A stretch of 64,000 nucleotides of DNA from Geosiphon pyriformis uo1. Taxonomy: Eukaryota > Fungi > Glomeromycota. The notes beneath the pieces were generated by a model, which ran no database searches, had not been told where the DNA came from, and saw nothing but the letters and a program-made list of their open reading frames with translations. Shown here piece by piece: positions 51,641 through 64,000 of the stretch; position 1 is the stretch's first letter, and each line of letters opens with the position of its first letter. The translations under genes and the position numbers were made by a program. The stretch covers positions 309,410 to 373,409 of the forward strand of contig JAAOMT010000484.1 of NCBI GenBank assembly GCA_016748015.1, written 5' to 3'.

Positions 51641-52811
51641 GTGATTTATGTGCTAACGAGGAGTGCCCATGATCTGCTGTCTACTGGACTTCATGGGAGT
51701 TCTACCCTCGCAATTTAGTAATTTTTGTGAATATTGAAGGTTTTACAATTCTTTGAAAGCCAATTCAATTCAATGAAAATCAAAAATTAGATTTTTAAAA
51801 TTTGATTAGTTTCTTATATTCTTTTTCCTATTATTATTATTATTATTAAAATCAATATATCTTAGGTTAAAATGATTTTTTTTATTTTTAGAATTTTTTA
51901 AAATTTAATAAACTCAACTAAAAGTACAATTTCTTTATTTTGATATCTTTTGTTATAAGACTAAAATTTTTTCTAAAATCTTTTCGATTTGGCTTTAAAA
52001 AATGATCTTGGAATATTAACACTTCAAAAAAGGGGAAATTTTAAAAAATTGATCATAAATTAACTTGTTGAATTAAAGTTTTTTTGAAACCTAAAATTCT
52101 GGATAAAATGTTTTATGATATTCTGATTAAAAGTTTTATAAAAAATTTAACTGAATTTTTTATGGTGTTTTTATACTCTATTAAATATATTGATTAGTCA
52201 CTTATCGGCATTTAATGATTTCTTTCATAGCGTCGATTCTCAAACCAATTTTTCCCAGACATTTTTTACTTGTCAGATTTAAATTCAATTTTTAAATCCC
52301 GAGCGAATTCATTCTTTGTAAAAATTAAGGACAGCGATTTATTTCAAAAATAAAACATCTTCCTGAAGATTGCTTCGAAAAATTAAATTTTGTTTTATCT
52401 AATATATTTTAGATTAAAAATTTTGATATAGTTGAAAATACCAATTGACATATAACTGGGATTTGTAAAACTAAATTAGGTAAAGGTGTGTGATTGAGAA
52501 ATCTTAAAAAATTTTTGGGTTGCTTAACATCATATTTAAGGAGGGAAAGGTGTCTATATAGCGTTGTTACTTTGTGTGGTTTAATTTCAAGATATTTCAA
52601 CTTGGATGTTAAAGATAGTACTCGTTAAATCAGCCAGTGAGAATAAAGGCGATTTTGGCGCAGAATTTAGAATTTCTATGCGCATATTTTGGTTTATAAA
52701 TTAAAAATGTCCAAATTAAAATTAAAATTCTATGTTAGGTAATTTTCTAATCTATTTACAACGTAAGGGGTCGTTTTGGTCACTTGTGATCTTCGTATTA
52801 ATCATCATAGG

Positions 52812-54816
52812 TCAACACGAATATTGGCTAGATCCTCGTCTCAAAATTCGACTAAATCCGGTCACGATAGGACTCCTTCTTTTATTTAATGTTGATACAA
52901 AATCTGCAGAATCGACAGTATTAACAATTACTGCATCGAACGAAGCAGATATTCGAAAAGTCTCTCTCCTTATCTTGGAGTCATTATCAGAATGATAATT
53001 AAGCCCTTCCGAATCAGAAATCGTGTCAAATTTAGGTGAGAAATTTGGAATCAATTGACGTGGGCTTGATGGAGCTGAATGAATTTCGGAAATAATTTGT
53101 GAATTATCATCATTGACAATGTTTAAATGCCAACCAAGACGACCAGGATGTGTCAAACTTTCATCAGTATGCGAAGAAGACCCAAATAAATCGATCGATT
53201 GGGTAGTTGTTTGAATGGCGTTTAATTGAGGGCATTTGTTTTTGTTTACAGGTGAAGTTGAAGTGATAGGTTTTTTTACGGATGGAATCGATGAATCAGA
53301 ATCATTCGAAGATGGGGAAGGACTATTTGGCCTTGAAGTAGTCTGATAAGGGCGACTTAATAATCGATTAAAAGTTTGTGCCAAAAGTTGACTTCTTTTG
53401 TGACGAAGAGTAGGAGTTGGCATCTCTTCACCTATTTGCTCCTGACTAGAACTTGTTATTTGCGAATCAAAAGGTGAATATGATGGATGATCATTAGTTG
53501 TTGATTGAGGGGTGCTGGACCGAGAATTCGACACGGAGAATGGTAAAGGTATACTGTTGGTGGATTCACCGATATCTGATTCGCTGATATCTGCATTAGC
53601 TGATCGACGAGAATCATCGCTTACTTCAACCGATGGATTTTCTTCCGAATTACTATTTCTCATGACATCATCATATGATGGAAGGCCACTGTCGAATCTC
53701 GCGGCGCCATTTAGCGAAGCTCCATCAGGAATGGAAGTTACAATTAATGGGAAAGGTAGATCGAGTTTCTTTTCTGTCTCATCTTCAAATGACATGATAA
53801 TCTGAAGACGATGTCGAACACTAATCAAAGGACTTTTTATAGTTGATCTCAGACGATTCTTTTCAGTGCCATTCCGACCTTGAACAAATGGAAGGTTATA
53901 AGTCAATGGATTATTCCAAGCATCTTCATCACGGGAGATCGTGAGAGAGGTTGGTTTTATTGGGTGAGTACGTTTCTTTTTCGTCGGCGGCGAGGAACGA
54001 TTCAATTGTACAGTTGCATCTATATGAGAGGCATCAATACCAAATTCCTGCAATTCTTGTTGATCAGGTAAAACTCTAGAAATTTATATATGAAGATTCG
54101 ATTAGTTTTTGGGGAGGGGGGGGATGAGAAAAAACATATATGGATTCCATTGAATAAGACACGTCAAAAATCAAAGATGCTAACCTGTAGTTTTCCAATT
54201 GCACCAAATCAAACTTAATTTTTTTCACTCGGCCTTGATCGCACATTGGCAATAACCTAATTCTAACCAACATTCCTTTCTCTTTTTCACCAACGATTGT
54301 GGGTATATCTATTTCATATTTTAAGATGTCTTTACGTTCTCCACGATAAACTTTTGTTGGTGGTGCCGGCAACAAATCTCGATTGCATGGTAAATAATGA
54401 CGTTGAAAAGAAATACTAAGATCGGTCTCTTCATCCTTGAGTAGAAGTGAGCTTGGTTGCACAACAGCAACGAGTTTGTATCGAATGAAACCGAAAGATG
54501 TGACATAAGTTTGTGGTAAATTCCCGCCCACGTGAAATTCATAGTCTAAATCGATAACACCTCGTGGTAAAAGACGTTTCTGGCAAATCACGTGATCCAG
54601 CTTCAATAAATTTAAGGCTGAAAATTGATTTATCCAATCAGAATATTCGGACTTTCCTTTCAACTTTATCGAAACCTGTTTAACCTTTAGAGGTCTCGAC
54701 AAAATGAGTCTTAGTTTACCAGCAACACGGTAAGTAGAGTCTTTATCTGGTGCTCCATACATAAACACATTATCGTGTTCTGGAAAAATTTCGAGTGCCA
54801 TGATTCCGTTATTCAT
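52812..54816 (-). CDS. Arrestin-domain (alpha-arrestin-like) protein with a long Ser/Pro-rich tail, 2 exons, about 631 aa
   Basis: Exons 54816-54185 and 54075-52812 join in frame (ENYR|VLPD). VAGKLRLILSRPLKVKQVSIKLKG, LPQTY...GFIRYKL, ISVRHRLQI, and an LPSY motif. Confidence 0.88.
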
Positions 54817-56007
54817 GATTAAGAAGATTAGATATATTAGAAGAAGAGTGTAGAGAAATTTTAGAAAAAAATTTTTTACAAAAAAAAAAAAAAAAAAAGT
54901 ATTAAATAGGGTAGAATTAATGATATTTTAAATGTAAAGTCTATAATTTTTGATTAAATGCTCGTGATGAGAGATTTTGTCTAGAAAACACTCCAGAGTG
55001 TTACTTTTTTTAAAATGAGAATATGAAAAAGAGATTAGAGGAAAGGGGGATTAATAATTTTTTTTAGTTTCTCCAGGGTTAAGCTCTTTTATTAACCGAA
55101 AAAGGGAGAAACGAAATTTTTGTAATCGAATACAAGATAAAAAGAAAATTCGCTGAGTGAAGAAACGAAACCATCCAAGCACTTTCTATATATACAAATT
55201 TTTTGCTTTATTAGAGAAATATGGAAGTCGATCTATCAGAGTAAATTTTAAAAAAAAAATCATTGTGATGAATTAACAACGTTTTTTCGGACAAGGATTT
55301 AGGAGCATAAATAAAACAATAAAACTTTATTAGATTTGCAATTGAATTGAACCAGTCAAACCACCAAAACATTTCACAAATGCATGTTAGTATCGTCATA
55401 CATATTTCATTTCCCCAACCTTGTTTCGGGTTTTACTGCTGGATACACGATGCCCATAATAGGAATAGTAGAAATGGGAACAATTGAAGGAAAGGTAAGT
55501 TTAATATTTCATAAATACCTTTTTTACATAACGTTTAAACGACAAGAGAAAAAAATATGATAAATTTCAAACAGAATGGAACAGATCGGGGGGAAGAACA
55601 ACAACAACAACAAGTGTGTAACCTGAAAAGAAAGAGAAGTGACTCGAGAGGCTTATCATAAGTGAAAAGCTAGAATCATGGTAATTTTGCATGCATGCAT
55701 TTCTTGACATGAGTAAAATGGTTCTTTGTTTGTTTTATTTTTATTTTTCCTTGATAGTTATTGTCTTTATCAATTTCTTAATTGCTATAATATTTTCTTA
55801 TTAAGGAATTTAAGAACCGAGAATAAGATACTTTTTTAAAAACGAGGAACCCAACAACACAAAATTCGGGTCAACAAAAAATTTGCCTTTTATCATCATC
55901 ATCATCACCACCCAACATATTTGAAAAAACTTTAACGAGAAAAACAAATTTGAAAAAGTTATCTAAAAATTTTATTAGAATCATAATTTTCCTATTATGA
56001 GAATTAG

Positions 56008-56038
<31 letters not shown>

Positions 56039-56580
56039 GCTTATTCCAAAATTTTGAAACAAAGGTTTTTGTTTTTATCTTTCATAAGTATTTTAATCAA
56101 AAAAGAGAATATCAAGGATATTTTTTGGGTTGCTTTTCAATTCTAAAAATAGCTTAAAGGAAAGCAAAGGATAAACTTTGTTGAAAATCTTTGTAATGGT
56201 CGTTTTTTGAAAAAATTTGATGTGTTAAATAAATTAAAATTTAGAAATTGGAATAAACATATCCGAAAAATTGTTACTATTTCCAAAATGTTACGTTTCA
56301 TGAATCATAAGAAGTTAGGCAATAAATATTTGTTCGCATTAGTTGATACGATTAAGATTACAATTATTTATCATTTCTAGTTTTTTTTGTTCTATTCTTC
56401 AACAACATCAACATGTGGAATTTCTTTCAGCCTATAGCAATTTCATTTCTTAACCAAACTAGGAAACCGAATGTAAGACTATCCATATTTAGATGAAGAT
56501 TAATATGTGTGTGCTAGGTTCATATACAATCCGGGTTGACTAGAGTAAAAATTATAACATTTAAGCAAGGTAAGAAAAGA

Positions 56581-56582
<2 letters not shown>

Positions 56583-56642
<60 letters not shown>
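56583..56642. repeat. (TTA)n microsatellite
   Basis: Direct reading; similar tracts near 12148, 18071, 30465 and 33490. Confidence 0.9.
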
Positions 56643-56643
<1 letters not shown>

Positions 56644-59600
56644 GCTTATTTTTAATTTTTTTCCCACTTTAAACTGTTTCAAGTTGAGTAACAAAAACCA
56701 ATAAGGATAATATTATTGTAATATCTGCTAAATATTTCTATTTTGTTGATGTTTCATATACATTGTTTTGATAAAAAAATCATGAAATCAAGTGATTTGC
56801 AATAAAATGCATGGCAAGAAAATTTTTACAATATATCACCTTTCTACTTATGAACACAAAGAAGCTTGAAAGATTTTGCAAAAATATTAATCGACATTTT
56901 TTTTATCCTAAAAGCAGAACACGTGCTTTAAATGGATTTTTAAATCGGGATAATAAACGAAAAATTTTATAGTAAACAGTAAACAGAGCAGCATTTATTT
57001 ATTTATTAACAAAGTTTTATATGCCAATAGTCATCTTTATTATGGTAAATACCTTTAAAATGAATTTGATTTTCATAAAGTTAAATTTAACAAACTAAGA
57101 TTGTTTACATCTGTGAATTTAATTAATGAAATTTTAAATGAAAAGCTATAATAATGTAATCAATGAAATATGAATGATTAAGTTAATATTCTAACTTATG
57201 ACAGGAATAACAAAAAAAAGAAAGAATAACAAAGGATGAATGATGAAAGAAGAAGGTTTTTACCGATAATAAAAAGAAATTATTTTTAAAATGTATGCCA
57301 TGCTGATTAGCACAACATTAATATTATATATTTTTTTAAAAATTGAAACAAAAAATTTTTATTAATTGCATAATTCTTTTTGGAATATATAAATAACAAA
57401 CTATTCCAATAAAAGCTAAAAATATTTTTTTTCATTTAATTCTTTGAAAATTTTTATTATGTAGATCGGTACAATGAAAGAATTGTAATTAATTCTTTTA
57501 AAAAATAATAATTCTTTTAAAAATAGATACATATAAATTTTAAAAAATAAAATAAAATAAAATAAAATAAAGTAAATATTTTAAAAATGATTTCCAATTG
57601 AAAATCATAAATAAAGTTTTTCATTCTTAAAAAATAAAAAACTTTGGAAAATTTTTAATTTTTTATATAATCATTAAAAATTACTAATGAATCATGAAAC
57701 AATATTACCATAAATAAATATAAAATTTTCATTGTTTGTGTAATAAAATATTAAAATTAGAATTTTTAATCGATTTTCTAGTCAACTCTTATTATCATCC
57801 ATCTCTTTGTATTGTTTAATTAAGAATATTGTGATCACTTTGTTCGTAATAACAAATATTTTTTAAATTTTTTCTTTTTTCTAAAAATTACTTTGTTTTA
57901 TAAGGTTTTTTCCTTTGTATAATAAAATTCTAAAAAGAATTTCTATAGGCAAGATTTAATAAAAGTCTTTCTATTGGTCTCTTTTTTAAAATATGGTTAC
58001 ATTTTTACATTAAGATTTTTTTGCAAGATTGCTGAGAAACTTTCAAATTCGAATTTGATAATATATATCACGTTTTAGTATTTATTAAGTAATAGAGTTC
58101 TCCAATGGTTTTCTTTTTTTCAACAAGTTATAGAAAAAATAACTCTCGGTTGATCTTTATTAATGATTTTTTCTCGAAATAACATGTCGTGTATTTGTCT
58201 CATTCATATAGAAATGTGTTTTTCTAATCATCAAAAATATATTTAAATTTTTTAATGATTTACTTTTTTCTCTTCTACTTCTTTCGGTCAGTCCAGATTT
58301 CACAAAAGGCTTTTTCAATCAATTACCTTTTCTTCTAACGATCTTCAAACATCTTCCCAATAGAGCGTTAAATTCTTTGTTTCATGATCGATTGTTTAAT
58401 GATGTGGTGTGACGAGTTGCGATTACTCCTTTTCTAAATATTTGATATTATGGAGCTTTCTATAATTGTTAAAGATTAGCCTTTAATTATACTCTTTTAA
58501 AAAATTGTGTTATTTGTTAGCCATCACCAAAAACCTAATATAAACAATCATTGCTTTTGCTAATTCCCTTGAATAGAAACACTTCTCCCCAATGGCTTTA
58601 AAAAGCAGGTTTAATAAAAATCTTTAAGGATCTACGATAAGATGCAATAAATATATTATTCTCCTTGATAAAGTAAATTTTTTTGACACATTTCGATCTT
58701 AATAGATGTACAAGATTTGTAAGATGTGTTCAAAAGATTTTTGCAGAGGTTTCTTGATTGTTAATTATTTTAGATTATCAAGGGTGAAGTATATAAAATT
58801 TTTTGAATTTAAAAAGTTTTCTCATAGAATCTTGGTCAAGTTAAGTTTATCAATTAAGGAACATGAAATTGAAGCGCTAATAATCAATAAAGGCCTTTTA
58901 AACATTGAAATTCATAGCTTGTCCATAAATATAAAGGTATTTTGAATTGAATTCAATTATCTATCATTTAACACCACCTTTTACGTACCAAAATTGAAAA
59001 GACAGACAATAACTAAACTAGATTTACCATTCTTAATGATATATAACAATTGTAACAAATATTACAACGGATATCTTTTGGAGTTTCATTCATTTGTCAA
59101 TCTACCATTCAATCTATATCGACTGATACACAGAAAAAGATTGGTCCAATTTAAAAATCAAAACGAATAAGTCTTATTCTCGTTATTTACTGGAGATAAA
59201 TAAATGTAGTAAAGCAAAAATATACACAAAAGATTTTTGTAAATTTTAAAAATAAATAATGATTAAAACTTTATTTTTTTCCTGCAGTTTCTTAGGAAGC
59301 AAACATAATTCTTGTGATATTTTCGAGAAACTCCAAATTTTCAATCATTTGATAAACCAAGAATTTTATTTAATATTGTTCCCTTTAAGTTTCGATGATT
59401 CAAGTCTTTTTTAAGTTATCAATAATAACAGGCTTGTGTTTAGGATCCGAAATTAAGAAGTGATGATTATTAGGAAATAATTATGATTTTAAAATTCATA
59501 GTTTTCTATTTATTTTGTCTGTCTGAAATTTTTCCAATGAAATAGGTAGATTTATCATTTTAACTTTGAAAATTTTATACTTTTCATATATATATATATT

Positions 59601-61570
59601 ATTTACCAATCCTCAGGTGGTAGTTTTAAACAAGAAGGCTCAAATGGATCAAAAGAAGTGTATAGGAAAAAGATAAAACTAGCCGCTAGTTGCGCCAGTA
59701 GAATTTTTATTATTGGTAAATTTTATTTTGGGCCATTTCTTTTTTTCCCTAAAATCAATTTATTTCAACCAAAAAGTAAAAAAACACAAATGGTATAAAC
59801 TCTACCTTTTTTTTTGAGTAAAATATCATTAAATCGTGGAATTGAATCTGACAATCTTGAAAGAAACTTTGACGTTTGGATTTTTAGATTATAATCTATT
59901 CTTTTATTAAAATTATGAATTCATTATACTGTAGCTTTCAGTCTACAAAAGGTTTGTAACTGTATTTTCAATTTAAAAATATAATTTTCGTAGAATAAAC
60001 ATATTTAAGCAAAAAAAGAAATGTAAACTAAAAAAAAATTATCATTTCTAATGTTTAAAAGCATTTTAAGTAAAATCTCTATCAAACTTTCAGAATTATT
60101 GATCTCATAAAAAAGTGTTCACTTCTTTTTACATCAATATCTAATAAATATAGACTCCAATTCGCAAAATTTTGGATTGCCAAGAAAAATTCTACCCTAA
60201 CCAATAAAATTTCATGAATACATCTATTTCGGATTGCAGTTATTTTGACTTTTCGCTTTGTTGTTCGTTATCAAAAATCTCCCAAGAAAAATTATAATTA
60301 TACTTTATTATGTTTTTTAGTAAAAACAAAGTTAACCAGTTAAAGAATGTTCAATATAATTATGAGTAAAAGATTTAAAACTTGGCAAAAAAGAAAGTTT
60401 TCTTTTTGATTGACCCTCGTATAAGAAAGATTAAATTTACCTAAATATTCAAAATATTCTAAAAAGAGTAAAAGAGGTTTTTTAATCTGAAAAAGAAATT
60501 TATTTTAGTATCTTTAAAAAGAGCTGGTAAAAAGGGGGATTTTAGCGAATTACGGTATTGTCGCATAGTTAAAGAGAATAAGACGTGTAAAAATATGTCA
60601 TTTTCTCATTTGAATAAATACATTTTTTATACTCTTTTATCACAAACTCTGAACAAAAAATGAGTCGAATTATTTGTATCGAGAGATGTGCGGGCTTATT
60701 TATGGGGTGTGTTTTCTCTAATTAAGCCACGTTAATGTTTAAAGGTTAGAATCAATGGAAATTTGCCGCCAACTCTTAAACTGTTAATCTTTATAGGAAA
60801 ATATCCATAAATGGCCAAGTTCAGAGAGTCTCATTGGAAGATAAAAATTAATTATGCAGAGTGAAGCTCAAAAGATATGCTTCCTTTTCTTTTGATATAA
60901 AAAAGAAGTATGAACTCTTTCAAATACCCCGAATTGGACATCAATTATACCACTAAAAAATAACCCTTGATCCGAAAAAGTTTAGTCATGAAATATACTT
61001 TATGAGACTATACTGTTCCCTATTCATCTCTTTATTCAAGTTTTTTAAATGGTTCAACACACTCATAACGTTTAAAAAATGATTCAAAGCTTTCAAAATA
61101 TTTTTATGAATTACAACAAAATTTTTTTTTTACAAATGATTAAAATCCAAATTTTCTTAACAAAATGATTGAAAAAATTAGCGAGGATTAGGGTTTTATT
61201 TAACTCAAATAACATTCACTCCTAGGTTGAGCGATGTCTAAACAAAATTCTTCAATTAATTAATTTATCAATAAAAAACTGGCGAAACGCAATCTTAAAT
61301 TGGAAAAACGCGAAGAACTGACTGTCATGTTTTCAATGGCAAAATATACTAAAGTTTTTCTCAAGGTTGCCTTTTATGTTGCTCATTTTACATGGTATTA
61401 AGTATAGTAGTATAGTCATGTCGAAATTTCACAAAGAACCATTCCGATCAACTGATCGACATAAAAGATACCCTAGATTTTTCTCAATTAGAACATCATA
61501 ATTCTCACGCACTAAAAAGATAAAAAAGAACCTTTTAACCAATTAAGATTTCTTTCCTCCCTTAAAAAAT

Positions 61571-63050
61571 ATGGTATCCTTAAGTGTAAAAATCCTCACA
61601 TTTATCGTCATACTCATTTCTTTATTTTTTCCCTTTTTGCGAGAGACTGCTCAGCTAATAGGAATATTTAGAACAATTCCAGCTTATGATGGTCATAAAA
61701 ATTGTGAAGTAATTTCAGGTAAACCCATGTTATCACAAATTCAAATCGGAGTGATGATTAATTCAATGCGAGGAAACTTGAATTTTCAGGAACAGAAGCT
61801 TGTGAAGATATCGTCATTCATCATCCGAGTGGATATGCTTTCATGGCTTGCTCCTCTCACCTCGAACGAACAGCCCAATATTGGCCTCCTCTTGGTTTAT
61901 ATAATAAAATGAATTTTCAGCCTCGTAATCAAGTTTGGTCATACAATATTGAAGTGAGGAATTTGAAAATATTGTCACTCATTGAATTCAACTTTTATAT
62001 TCAGTTTAAGATTTACCTCATTTTTTAGACGAGTGAACTTTCTCCTTTGACCCTGAAAAATTTTCCTGAAACTACGGATTTCAGTCTTCATGGATTAGGC
62101 ATTTATGAAGAAACAGCCGACCCTACCAAACTATATCTATTTTTAGTGAACCATCGACGTTCAGGGAGCGTTATAGAGGTATTTGAGCACACGATCGGGA
62201 CAAAGGAGTTAAGCCATCGCGAAACTGTTTCCCATGAGCTCATCGTCACCCCTAATGACGTTGTGCCTGTCTCATCGAATGAATTCTATGTGACTAACGA
62301 TCTTGGTTATAAAGAACCTGGAATCATGCGAGAGTTTGAGAGTAAGTTTTAAATTAGTAACTGAGACAGAGGTGTGAACCTAAATTTTTATTCAAACATG
62401 GCCCTTCCGTTTTTATCATATATAGTTTACACCAGAAGACCATGGGGAAACGTCGTTTTTCATTCTTCGATTACAAACACAACAGCTATCGTTGCCGGAA
62501 ACATAGCATATGCAAACGGAATCGCATCGAATTGGGATCACACCAGGCTATACGTTGCCTCCGGTATAAACGGGAAGATCATTATTTTCGAACGACGATC
62601 AGATAATCGTTTAATTGAAATTGAAAATGTCAACTGTGGAATTGTTATTGATAATATTTCTGTCGATGAAGAGACTGGTGAAATATACGCCGCAGGTAAT
62701 GTTCTTGAAAAAATAATCAAAAAATTTCTGTTTTGGGATTTATCCATTTTCAGCATATAAAACTTTAAACTAACATCAAAATAAACTTAATAGGAATACC
62801 CAAGCCGCTTATGATAGCTAAATACTTTAAAGACACTACTCGCAAAGCACCAAAACCTCCGGTCCAGATTCTTAAGGTATCAAATAACACAGCTGAAGAC
62901 AAATATTTAGGCAAAAAGTATACGATTTCAACAGTATTAGAAGATTCTGGTCATTTCGCTGGAATTTCTATTGCAGCAGTGGACAAGAAACGAAATACTT
63001 TGTTTCTTGGGTCAATCCTGGGCGAAAATTGGAAATGCAAACTTCCGTAA
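61571..63050 (+). CDS. Paraoxonase/arylesterase-like Ca-dependent six-bladed beta-propeller hydrolase, 5 exons
   Basis: Exons 61571-61718, 61790-61953, 62029-62341, 62426-62695 and 62794-63050 join in frame. N-terminal anchor, NC...EACEDI, FSLHGL, LVNHRR, SVIEVF, TPNDV, FYVTND, ANGI, DNISVD. Confidence 0.93.
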
Positions 63051-64000
63051 AAATGGTTGTGAAAATATCTTCCTCTGAAGAAATTGCAAAGGTTTATGAG
63101 TAAAATAAAATTCATAACCAATATTCGAGTGACGAGGAGATATCAAAAATTCACGCTGGAAAAACTTGTCAAAAATGAATCAGAAATTGTCCCTAAACCA
63201 AATATAAAACAACTCTTTACCATGGAAAATAAAAAGCCTTCGGACCATGATCTAAAACAAGCCGTTAAATTCTTGTTCATCTGATTCTTGATTTTTTATT
63301 TATCTCGTATTTCAACTTCCGACCTGATTACTTCTCTGTTAAAATCTCCAAATGAATATAGGCTAAAGTTTTCTGCATGGATTTTTACGTTTTTTAATTT
63401 GATCGATGTTGGATTAACTCAAGTAAATTTTAGAAACAAGATATTTGAGATTACTTTTTGATGGATTGAATCGATCCACCAATCAATGCCCAGAGAAAAA
63501 TTTCCAGGGTACCTTTTAAGTCCTCATTAATCTCAAGTTCCCATCCATTACATCTAAACCCTTTATTTCTGCCACAATGTTTAACTTTTTTAAACTTTGC
63601 ATGTGTCCTATCAATATCGTGTTATTTAATTTTGGCAATTATTTTTTTTTGGTAATAAATTGTCAAATTTCAATGTTTTTTAATGCATTTGAAGTAATAT
63701 AATTAAACATTTCATATGGTATCTTTTTTACTAAAGCCCATTTGAATTTTTTGCATTTTTCTCTTACATTATAAATGAAAAAATTTTTGCTTTTTTTCAT
63801 TGTTATTTTGTTTGTTGCAACCAAAAAACTTGATTTTTCATTAATTTTGATAATGTACTATTTTTATTGTATATGTTATTCTTGTGTAATTTTTATATAG
63901 TTATTATTAATTTTTGCATTTCTTAAAATGATTTTTTAAAACTGGCTAATGTATTGCCTAAATCTTTTTGTTTGCACTTGTTATTAGCCTAAAAAAAAAA

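Noticed and set aside
57780-59150. Possible minus-strand F-box/LRR pseudogene
   Set aside because: Coding-like texture, but no motif I can defend.
59617-59716. Orphan exon-like segment (KLAASCASRIFII), faintly like ribose-5-phosphate isomerase
   Set aside because: Too short, and no other exons of the gene were found.

Overview
Eukaryotic, very AT-rich fungal genomic DNA with short GT-AG introns. The gene families and transposon types look like Mucoromycota/Glomeromycotina (Geosiphon/AM-fungus-like); this taxon call is inference. 0.3-18 kb is mostly transposon debris: a near full-length decayed LINE with RNase H and a TAATG ORF1/ORF2 overlap, a pogo-type DDE element nested in one of two copies of an older AT-eroded repeat, and a pseudogene relic. 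The most unusual part is 22-41 kb, with three same-strand, single-ORF, TATA-preceded secreted-protein genes. These are a 1067-aa protein of 13-residue Asn/Gly repeats plus 13-residue Thr-rich repeats, a 107-aa KR-punctuated peptide precursor, and a 478-aa KR-punctuated polyprotein of the same 13-residue Asn/Gly repeat. Among them lies a multi-exon two-TM gene whose motifs recall the PAC(TMEM206)/DEG-ENaC fold, plus a tandem duplication carrying a MITE. The rest holds a SAM methyltransferase, Tc1 and Aurora-kinase relics, an arrestin-domain gene and a paraoxonase-like gene. No rRNA, tRNA or CRISPR was seen. Exon boundaries were read by hand.
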